Below, in pieces: positions 1 to 24,307 of a stretch of 64,000 bases of DNA. This stretch comes from Zygnema circumcarinatum SAG 698-1b (Eukaryota > Plantae > Zygnematophyceae). A program made the translations under genes and the position numbers. The notes under the pieces were generated by a model that was given only the letters and a program-made list of their open reading frames with translations, searched no databases and had not been told where the DNA came from. Where the stretch lies: the NCBI GenBank assembly GCA_037447605.1, contig CM074805.1, forward strand, positions 4,683,361-4,747,360, written 5' to 3'. Position 1 is the first letter of the stretch, and each line of letters opens with the position of its first letter.

Positions 1-620
1 GTCGTCCTTGGTCTCCCTCTCTTCCCTCTCCCCTTTCCTGGTAATTGCGCTGCTTGCAGCGCACCCTCCCCCTCTCCTCCTTCCCTGTCAATATCTGCAG
101 CCACGAGTTCAATTTCTTTGGTCTTCGCTCTGATCCTCCGTTGCAGTTTTAAGCCTCTCGCATCCTCCGCACCTCCGAATCCACCTCCCTCTCTTTCCTT
201 CTTGTCATCTTCTGCATTCCATATCTCAATGCTTATAATCTTCCTGGTTCCCCTTCCGATTACCTTCTTCCTCCCCCTTCCATCTTCCTTCCCCACCTCT
301 CCTTCCTTTCCCTCCTTTCCCTCCTTGACCTCCTCACTCCCCTTCGCCCGCCCCGAGTCAGGGCCCTTCCGACTACCTAACGCGGCGAAAATCGCCCCTC
401 CTCTTCCACTCTCCTCCCATCCCCTCCCACCTCCCCAGACCCTCCTGCAAGAGAGAGAGAGAGCGCAGGCGGGAGAGAGAACGAGAGATCGCGAGAGAGA
501 GAGGCGGAGAGATGCAGAGGGAGAAGAAAAGAGGCGGAGACAGTGGACAGGAGAAGGAGGCGGCAGCCATGGCGGACGGAAGCTCCTTCCAAGGCGCAGC
601 AGCTGTTCGCCCTCCGCCAT
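1..620 (-). CDS. 5'-partial gene, probable organelle-targeted protein of unknown family (runs off the window edge)
   Basis: Minus-strand ATG at 620 opens a frame with no stop down to position 1 (206 codons): MAEGEQLLRLGRSFRPPWLPPPSPVHCLRLFSSPSASLRLSLSRSLVLSPACALSLSCRR...EEVKEGKEGKEGEVGKED...PGKGRGKRGRPRT. The N-terminus is Ser/Arg/Leu-rich and poor in acidic residues, like a transit peptide, and is followed by a charged region. It is absent from the ORF track because there is no stop in the window. Confidence 0.7.
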   Translation of the reverse strand, partial: MAEGEQLLRLGRSFRPPWLPPPSPVHCLRLFSSPSASLRLSLSRSLVLSPACALSLSCRRVWGGGRGWEESGRGGAIFAALGSRKGPDSGRAKGSEEVKEGKEGKEGEVGKEDGRGRKKVIGRGTRKIISIEIWNAEDDKKEREGGGFGGAEDARGLKLQRRIRAKTKEIELVAADIDREGGEGEGALQAAQLPGKGRGKRGRPRT

Positions 621-810
621 GTCTGAAAGCCTCTCTGCTCAAATCTCCAATCATGGAGGCTCGTCCAAAACCCAAGGGCCTCCATGTTCCATGTGAGACA
701 TTCGTTTTAACAGATTTCTAAAATTCCTTGTCGCTGTCACAGTTACTTTCATTCCTTCCGGGAACTGCACTACGCTCATAGTGTGTCCATGCTTTCACAG
801 TAATGAATTT

Positions 811-887
811 TGACCGTTGGACTTGCTCTGAGCCGTTGGATGCTCACCGTTAAATTCGGTAAGCCGTTGCGGCCTTGCCCGTTGGTA
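811..887. promoter_or_regulatory. Cluster of five AACGG (MSA-like/MYB3R-type) cores in the divergent promoter
   Basis: CCGTT cores in TGACCGTTGGA (811-821; reverse complement TCCAACGGTCA fits YCYAACGGYYA), GAGCCGTTGGA (830-840), CACCGTTAAA (845-854), AAGCCGTTGCG (861-871) and GCCCGTTGGTA (877-887). All lie between ATG 620(-) and ATG 1147(+). Confidence 0.55.
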
Positions 888-1146
888 GCGGAATGTACGG
901 TTTGTCGTATAGAGTACTGTACTGTACAGTAAGTGCCATCACCGTACTGTATGAGAAAACGACAAAAAAATACGGTTCTGTACGGATTGAAGTTTCCAAG
1001 CGCCCTCGCCATGGCTGAAGGAGAGGATTAGGGCTAAGGGCAGCAGTTTTAGGGTTAACGGGGGGGGGGGGGGGGGGGGGGGGGGGGNNNNNNNNNNGGT
1101 TAGGGTTAGGGTTGTGGGGGGGGGGGGAAGAGGGGGGCTGGCAGCC

Positions 1147-15626
<14,480 letters not shown>

Positions 15627-17077
15627 TACTGCCGCGGTACCGCCTTGTACTTGTGTCCCTTGTCTATTGTAAGCTTTGTACTTTCTGTACTGTAGTTGGT
15701 GGGTGGGTGGGTGCATCGGGTGGGGGATGGGTCCGATGGGTTCGATGGGGTTGGACATGATGTGTGTGTAAGAGAGAAAAAGAGAGAGAGAGAGAGGGGG
15801 AGAGAGAGAGAGAGGGGTATGGTTTGGCCCTTTTTCGTTTTGGCCACTTTTGCTTTGTGGGTGGGTGCCGGCTCTCATGCCATCATGCCGTTGGCATGAG
15901 AGCAGAGATGTGACTCATGGGGCCATACTGCACGATGGGGGAAGATCGGAGATCGTGAATACGCTCGACGATTCAAGTTCAAGAGCGTGAATTTTGCAAC
16001 ACTCGAAATGCCCTACTAGTTGATTCCAATTTTTCCGTTATTTCTTTCCGACTTCGGACCTCCGATTTGACTCGGTGTTTGATCGTTGTCAAAGGAGGTT
16101 TTTTTTTTTTTTTTTTTTTTACCAAAGCTTCAACTTCAAACAACCACTCGAATCCCCTTTGAGGAGTCTCCTCCAATATTGTTCTTACGACGGCGATGCC
16201 ATCAAATGTACATGGACAAAAACCAACAACATCGAGAGGAGAAACCACGAGGAACCAATCGCTCCAAAATGCCCAATGGTTCAACAACGGCCGTTCTTCC
16301 CCACTGAACATGTATGCATGCATACATGTCATGTGAACACAGATCCTTGGGAACAGTTCATCTTGAAATTGGACCCGGAATTGAACTGGGTCCGCACTAA
16401 CTGAACTGTGACCAGTTCTGAATTGATCCCAGTTAGTAGGCACTGAACCGCGTCACGTCCAGTCGTGAGCTGGACTGAGCGTTCAGTTTGAGTTCCAGTC
16501 CCGCTGCGCGTTCCTTGTCCAAGACCTGGCACTGTGCGTGCGAGACAGATTTTTATTGTCCGGATTTCGTACGTCCAACCGATCCGTACACTTTGGCAGG
16601 CTTGCCGATAAACACCGACATTTTCGTACAAACGACTCTTGTCGCCTAAGCAAAACGACAAAACTTCCGAACATTGGCAGTTTTACGTTCGTACGATTTG
16701 CGCCCGTGTGCCGTCATGTTGACGTCAACTCCGATCTTTGTTTGACCAAAACCGAGGTTACCTCGTAGCTTGCTATAAAACTGAAACCGATGTCTCGCTC
16801 GTTACTAAAATAAATCCCAAATTTTCATATTAGGAATAAACGTAAAGTACGAATTCTTGGTTGAAAGCGGTGACGCGCCAATTAAAACCGCTCTACAGTA
16901 CCGCGACACGTGTGCGGTTCGTTGAACCGCCGACAGGTTATACCTGGCCGGGCGTACCTGCGCCTCCCGACAAAAACCAATCTTTTGGTGCCGCTGGGCG
17001 GGCAGCCGCCAAATTGGCCTCCCTCAAGTGGGGCCCCGTACAGACGCCCGCCGGGCGGGCATGGACGGGGCCCCCCC

Positions 17078-17109
<32 letters not shown>

Positions 17110-17692
17110 CCGCACGATAGCGCTGCCCGTCTTCGCTCAAAAAAAAATTACCTCAAAAAAAGAACAGAAACAAAAATCTTTTCAACCAATGGCGCTCCCC
17201 GCATTCGACTTCCCGAAAAAGAAAATCGTACCAAGAAAACAGAAGAACAGACCGAAAAAAATGATCAAAACAAAAAAAATGCCGCGCTTCCCCGCGTCCT
17301 CCTGTCGTCCCCGGCGGCGTCCCTCCGTCCGCCACGTCGTCCCCGGGCGGCGCGCGCTCGGGCCGGCACGTGGCAGCGCCGAGGAAGACGGGCGCCCCCT
17401 CCCGCACTGAGGCCGCCCGGGCGCGCCCTTGTAGGGTTTTGGCAGGATCTTGAAGAATCTTGGAGGGAGGGAGAGAGGGTTTTGGAGCAGGCTGAGGCTG
17501 GGAGCAATAGTTGCTGCTGCTGGAGGAAGGGAGGGAGGAAGGGAGGGAGGGAGGGAGGGCGGAGAGAGGAGGGAGGCGTGGGAGGGAGGAAAGAATCTTG
17601 GAGGGAAGACGGAGGCAGGGTTTTGGAGCAGGCTGGAAGGAGGAGTTGCTGCTGCAGAAGGGAGGAAAACAGGGAAAGGAGGTGGTAGAGGA

Positions 17693-20600
17693 ATGGGTAT
17701 GGGGAGAGCGGGAGAAGGAGGGGGGAGCGGCGGCGGGAGTAGCAGTGGTGGCTCGGCGGTATCGGAGGGGAGCAGTCTGGGAGAGGGAGCGATACTGGAG
17801 GAGGAGGAGACGGATTTTGTAGATTGTCTGCATCCGCTGCCTGGATGGATGGTGCAGGCGGTGCGGAGGATGGAGGTCGCAGGGGAGGCGGGCATGTGGT
17901 CGTCGGCGAACGGTGTTGGGATTCGGCTGCAAGGATGGGCGGACACCATACAGGATATTGAGCAGTTTGTGCATTTGCCAACTGTTTGCCCAGGCTGCGA
18001 GCAGGTACTTGATCTTATTGTAACGGCTGGGAGCGCTAAGAGACTTCAGGAATTGTACTGAGTAGGGCATCTTTTTGCCTGGCTTGATCGTGTTTACTGT
18101 GTGAGAATAGGAGTCTTCTTTGCAAGCTGCAGAGGGCTCAGATGATAGGGGCCGTAAGGTTGCTCACGTTTCAGTCTACTGATTTGACAGGAAATGCGTA
18201 ACGGTGGGAGTAACCGTCAAGATTCTCGGAGCTGCAGTCATCCGGCGTTTCTTGCAGCTCTCAGAAGGTATAACTTTTCCTTATTTCTTGGTTGAACCTT
18301 AGAGATTGTCCACTTGTTTCTTTCCTCCAAAGCAGCACACTGGTGAAGCCTTTTGATCTGAGGTTAATCCTGTCACTTGGCTGAGTCTTGGTTCAGAGGA
18401 GTGTCGGTGAAAGATGCCGAGGCGTTGATATGCCGACATCAATCGTCCGACGAGTGTTTCTTTGCGCTTGAAGTGTTGGCCAGCCTCGTACAGGTAACGT
18501 CACATTTAGTTTGTGTGGCTATCTGCAATTGTAGTTTCTTCTCTCTTTGGCGTGTTTACAGTTTGAATCGTAACTGACCGCAGGAGGAAGAATGGATGTT
18601 CTCCAAAGGAGACGGGCAGGCAAGCGAACACTTAGGCTGCTTGAAGCACTACTTGAACCAACATTTTCTGCGCCTTGTAAGTTAATCTGTTCACTGCGTG
18701 CGTGTACAGAGTATTGTCTTGAATTCACGAAGTTAGCAATTGATTGCGCCTGCTTATTCGCACTGAAGCAATGTATCAAGCTCTTTCCTTTGAGTGACTT
18801 AGTGTTGTGGCGACACCTGAGCCACATCAGTCTTGAGGCGGTCGGAGAATACTAGATATCTGAATGTCTTTTTGGACGGAAATTTGCAGTGACGCTGTAG
18901 CAGATTTCAGGAGGTGCAATCAGTTCACGAACTCCCTGAAGGCTCTAGGGCCGCCTTATTCAGGGTCCGCAATCTATGCAGGGCCTAATAATCACGTGCT
19001 GCCTGTGAGATTGCTATCTTAGTGGACGACTACGATGTGTTTTTGTTGCAGGCGGAGGAAGGAAAAGTGGTCCAGTGCTTCGATGATCGTGGACAGGCGC
19101 AGTGGGCAGTGTTTTGCACAGGACTACTGACCCGTGGCACGGAAGAGCCTATTTTTGCTGTCTTGCAGGTATGTGGTTCATGTTCTTGGAACCGTAGTTT
19201 CGTGGGAGACAGTCCAGACATGACTAGTTTCATTAGTGGATTGCCTTTCGCAGTTTTATTTTTAACTTCTGGTCGGATTCATACGCACTGATTGTTCCTC
19301 TCTCGATCATTTCTTTCTTCTGCAATTTTGCAGATGTGCATTAGGTTTACTGGAGTGGTAGTTTTTGCTGAGCCTTTGTGATTGTTGTTGTTATACTCCA
19401 TTCTCGCTTGTGCTATCCCGCTGTTTTCCTGAAGCCTACAGAACTCTACTCACAAGTGTACTGTTCTGGAAGACTCACAGTTTTGCATGTCATTTGGATA
19501 TGCTTAGCTGACATTACGCTCTGTTCGTTTTTACCTTCTGATATACCATGTAACATAGTATAATGCGGCGTGTGATGCAGCGTTGTGCACGGACTTCAAC
19601 GGGATGGACATCATGGCAGCTGTTTGGTTTCGTCCCCCTTAGGAAACTGCAAGATCCGGCTCAGTTGTGGAACAAAGTGGAAGCTATCGTGACACCTCCA
19701 GAGCAGGTTAGTAGGGAGTGTCTTTCGAGACCTGGAAAACCGAATCTCCGGCCCTACTGATATGGCTGCTTGGGTAGTGAGTACTGCTGTAGTGAGTTTC
19801 CTCGGTTTGTTACTTGTCGTGGGGAAGGATATGATTGAAAATTTTGAGATCCTGCAGGCGAATTTTGTAGAGGACCAGTCGGATCTGCTGTATGCTGGGG
19901 GCATCTCCGTTGACGCTCTGCAGCTGCATCCTCAGGTATGCTTGTCCCAGGCTGTGCAAATCCTGTTTTGTTGCACAATGTTGTCATTCCACTGTATTGA
20001 TGTTCACGAGTTAGTCTTAGCAGAATCAATGTTGTTACGGGGTGCAGCTTTGGGAGGACCTGGAGTCCCATTTGGAAGCTTTTCCTTCCTCGCTACTGGA
20101 GCCTGGGATTACTGCACAGGTGGGTTTAGTGAAAAGTACTCGTATTTGGAATCCACCCTTTCGTAGGTCTTTGGTTAGCTTTTTCTCATGAAGCTGCGAC
20201 CTTTCCTTTCCCTGTGAACAACCACACCCATTGAAGCAGGTTTGAGCTTTTGTACATCCGATGCTGGTTCAATGAATGAGAGAGAGAATAAACTTATGTG
20301 AGAGTGAATAAAGTTTTCTGAAATTTTGCTCTCAACCATTTCAATTTGGCTCTCCTCATCAAAAAGCTTTTTTGAGTCTTCCTTGTACAGAGGTTTTGAG
20401 TTACTGAGGTTGGGCAAATGAAGTGGCTGCAGGGTCGAAAGCAAGTGGCCATGGCAGCAGTTGGACGAGCTATACAAACTGTTGGCCATAACCCCTTTGC
20501 AGCAGTGCCTATGGTACAGCGCAGCGTTGTTTCGAACGCTCCAGTCATGCAGGTAGGCAGTACTCTCCTATACCTTTCTGTTTTCCGTCATCCACCTATT

Positions 20601-23600
20601 CATCGTAGTGGCGCTGTTCTGATCTTCGGTGCAGGTACAAATTATATTGTACGCTGAATTGTCGCTTGCGACTGATTTAAAATTTTGTCTCTGGAGTTGT
20701 TGCAGTTACAATTGCTGCTGCCTTTGAAGCTGGATTCAGAGTCTTCTCGTGCCCATCTAGCCTTGGCGGTAGAAGCATCAAAGTCTCGGCGAGGGTAAGT
20801 CTGCCACTGTATCTCCTTTATTAGTCCTAAAGTCTCAAACAGACTGAATCTGTGTGATCCAGAACATGTTGGACTCATTCAGGTTGATTTCCTTGCTGGT
20901 TCTCGAAAACAGGACTTCTTAGAGACACAGGTCATTTAGTCGCTGAGCTTGCGAAGGATAATGATTGTTTGGCGGTACGGATTAATCTGCGAAGAATGAA
21001 CTGGGTCCTTCTTAACTTTTAGTTGCCAACCTGTACAGTGTGGACCCTTTGTCTGCTGCTGCAGGGCACGCATGTACCGTGCAACGCGCGTCTTATCTCT
21101 CGAACAGGCATACATGCAGGCGCGGGTCCTGATGCCAGTATGCCAACCTTGGTTGGCTGCTGCTGTCAGAAATCGCCATACATCAAATTCTACAACAGAT
21201 CGGTCAGGGGATCAGTTTAATGCAGCTTGCCTTCCATCAGCAGCAGTACTGCAAGAAGCTTTAGAAGCGCAGGATCTGCCCATGAGGGAAGGGTCGTTGC
21301 CCATGAGGAGCACGTTGTCCGGAGGGTCCCATTCTGCACCTTACCTTTACAGCCCTTCGATGGGATCCCATCCTTCACCTCGATCAGTGACCAGTTCAGG
21401 ATCAACGCTACCTGAAATGGCAAGCTTTCTGCCTTCGCAGCAGCAGCATTATGCTATGGCCACGTCTGCTGTTGGAAATCCACGGAGCCCTTCATCTGAA
21501 GGAGTTCGTCCTTCATCTGGACTTCCTAGTGGGGCTGGTGGTCTAGTCCAAGCTGGGAGTGAGGGGCTACCCTACAGCCCAAGTGGGAGCTCTAGTGGTC
21601 GATCCGAGGTAGTACAAGTTCCGACTTTTCCTTCGTCCCTTCCCGGCGCTGTTGTCTCTGTCGGTGGGGGAGGAATATCAGTGTTCCATGCCCGAGAGGG
21701 GAGTGCATCCGTTGGGGGCCTGCCATCCCCTCGCCTCCGACATAGTAGCAGTCTCCCTGCGGGATATGCTTCAGGAATGCGGCGGAGCCATGGTGAATAT
21801 CACAGCGATCCTGGTCTTGGCCAGCTTTCTGAGAAGAAAAGCTACAGCACAAGCTCGTGGCACTTACAAGGCTACGATGATCCCCTTTCTCCCATGCGAC
21901 CTACGGGGAGGTTCGAGGGAAGGTCACTTCTGCCATTAGACATTCCGGAGACATCAAACACTGTGCAGGTGAGTGGAAAAACGTTTGAGGATCTTTTCTG
22001 AAAAATTACAACCAACGTGACTGCCTGTTGAGTCGTTAGTGTGTGATGATGTTACGTATAACTTTGTTCCTTATGGCAGTGGTGAATGTGTGAGTTGGGA
22101 TGATCTCGGCAATGTTTCTCACCTTATGGAGGTTGACCTCTATGCAGGTTTTGTCGCTGAGTCCAGTACCAGGAGGGGGTGACAGCAAGACATCAAGCTA
22201 TGCAGGTGAGCGATGGTTACAATATCAGTTAATCAGGCTAGCAACTGTTCAATGCCTGGCAATGTTTTCAGCTATCACTTTTTTAATTAGTCCACTTCTC
22301 GGTTTTTGCCCTATTTATGCAGGCAATCTTGGCGGCCACTCATGGGGCACAGCAGGCGGCTCTGTGTCGAGTGCATTGTTGGGCACAACGGTGGATGGAA
22401 GCTTTTCCTCCAATGGACAAATGTCTTCAGAGCATGGAAGTCATTTGACATTGTCCCCGGCACACATGAATGGAAGTACTTTTGGCGGTCTCACGTACCG
22501 CAGTGACAGCGTGGAGAGGCTCTGGACTGGTGGCATTGACTACGATTCCATGGGCGGTCGGGCGGATGAGTACGTCGAGTTTACACCACAAGACGATCTG
22601 TAAGTGGGCCTGTTCCGTTAGGGTTTGTCGGGCTATCAGGGTTCTCTCATTTTCGGTTGCCTCCACCTTAGTAGAGTGTTGTGGTGAGTAGTAATGATTA
22701 GTGTAAGCAACAATTATTTTTTCTTGGCGGCTGTTGTAATATTTGTGGTGTAACTTGTTTCATTCTTTAAGTTTGTGTTGGTGGCGGGGGGGGTTGCAGG
22801 TGCCCTAAACTAAACATTTCGCAGCTGCCACCTATGTGAGTGTTGACTTCTGTCAAGCCTGCTACGTCGGTGTGAATATTGACGTTGATTGTGTCTGTTT
22901 TTCCCTCTTTTTTTCCCTCCCTCTCACCGTTTGTCACTGCTTTTTTTCTCGCCTTTTCCTTATTCGTTTGTGTTATCTGCCCAAAGAGTCATGTTTGTCT
23001 TTCCTGTTCTCTTTCTGCTTTTTTTTCCTACATCTGTGTTTGCGCGCTCTTTGAGTGCTCCTGCATGTCTGTTCGTGGTCTATCTATCTATCTATCTGCT
23101 TGTCTGCATCTTTGTTATTCTTCTTCCTCTGTACTTCGTGCATCGTTTGTCTCTGGTGATCCCATTTCGCAACTGAATTGTTGTCGTGAGCTTCTGGGTG
23201 GTTGTCAATATAGAGCGCTTCGAGGTGCTGACCGTTTCATGCTGACTCTGTCGATGCAGGTTTGTACATGACTTCTACACGGGGAAAAATGCCTATGGTG
23301 AAGTGTGAGTACCTGAAGAGGACTCCTGCCGTTGCTACGGAATATTGTGCAGTGTATCCAGTCCATTGTTGTCAAGCTCAGTATCTCTTCCGCATGCAAG
23401 TTTTTCAGATTTTTTGCAGTTTCTATCGGTTTGAGGACTTTGGATTGCTGTATTTCAAAGGTCAAACTCCCATGTATTGCACGAATTGATGGGAGAGAAT
23501 TTGTTGGGAAATTTGCAGGACGGCTGTGAACCATTTTGAGCAAGTATTTTCTGAATATGGCCTGGTAACCAAGGTAGTATCTCGGGAGCATTCCAAGCAT

Positions 23601-24307
23601 CAGGGCAAGTTCTTCGCAATTGTGGAGTTCCAATATTGGAGGGATGAGATGACCCGCGCCCGGCTTGTTGCAGGAGAGCAGATCTGCTTCCAAAGGTTCT
23701 ATAGTGAGTAAACAAAATTCCTTCCCCCCTCTCTTTTCGTGCAACTTGCTGTATTTCCGAAAGTTTTGTGGGAGCAAGAGTTCAGATAATCAGCAGCAGC
23801 CCCTTCTTCTTCGTTCCTTGAAAGTCTCCCAGTTTCGGAAGCTCACACTCCTTTCTGGGAAAGAAATGTGCTCGTGTGGACTTTTGCCGAACTAACAACT
23901 TCACGCCGCTCTTTCTTATAGAAACCGAGGAGGTCTTGATTCGGCGCCACAAAGACAAGCATAAGGTCACTCTCTCCGCCTCGGCCTCTCTCTGCCGCCC
24001 CGACTGGAAGTACACCGGAATTGATACACGCACAGGGAAGCCCCTTTACAAGGGGCCCTGCAGCAACTGCACCCGTGAGTGTACTGTTCCTTTCAAGCCC
24101 GTGGTGAAAGGGCAGCCCCCGCGCTGCCGGGCCTGCCTCCCCTATGTTATGGGGGGGCTCTTTGGAGCCACTTCTCAGAATGGGGCCTCGAGTTTGGTCA
24201 GCCCACTTTCCCCCCATCCATCCATGGGCACCTCAGGGCTTCAATACAGCCACCCAACTGCTCACTTTATGGAGCCGGGACCGGTTTTGACACTGGGACG
24301 GTGCTGA
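17693..24307 (+). CDS. Multi-exon protein: DUF3825-like domain + Ser/Pro/Gly-rich linker + RRM + CxxC-x17-CxxC-like zinc ribbon
   Basis: Exons: 17693-18004, possible micro-exon 18133-18153, 18191-18267, 18397-18493, 18584-18676, 19052-19168, 19581-19706, 19858-19935, 20048-20119, 20409-20552, 20706-20794, 21065-21968, 22148-22205, 22323-22599, 23260-23304, 23519-~23700, 23833-24307. The spliced product gives EEEWMF...LKHYLNQHFLRL|AEEGKVV...WAVFCTGLLTRGTEEPIFAVLQ|...WQLFGF...|ANFVEDQSDLLY...|...HLEAFPSSLL...|...AVGRAIQTVGHNPFAAVP...|LQLLLPLKL...AHLALAVE...|...YRATRVLSLEQAYMQARVLMPVCQPWL, the DUF3825 motif order as I recall it. The RRM is DLFVHDF...FEQVFSEYGLVTKV...FFAIVEF...FLGKKCARVDF. The terminal motif is CSNCTRECTVPFKPVVKGQPPRCRAC. 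Confidence 0.8.

Noticed and set aside
569-721. Plus-strand small ORF MADGSSFQ... with a good start context
   Set aside because: It overlaps the longer, more protein-like minus-strand gene and has no recognisable motif.
16861-17688. 275-aa ORF upstream of gene 2
   Set aside because: Built from A-tracts, GC-rich promoter sequence and GA repeats; no domain features.
18909-18962. Apparent exon EVQSVHELPEGSRAALFR in gene 2
   Set aside because: The DUF3825 motif HFLRL|AEEGKV joins directly without it; it may be a cryptic or alternative exon but is unsupported.
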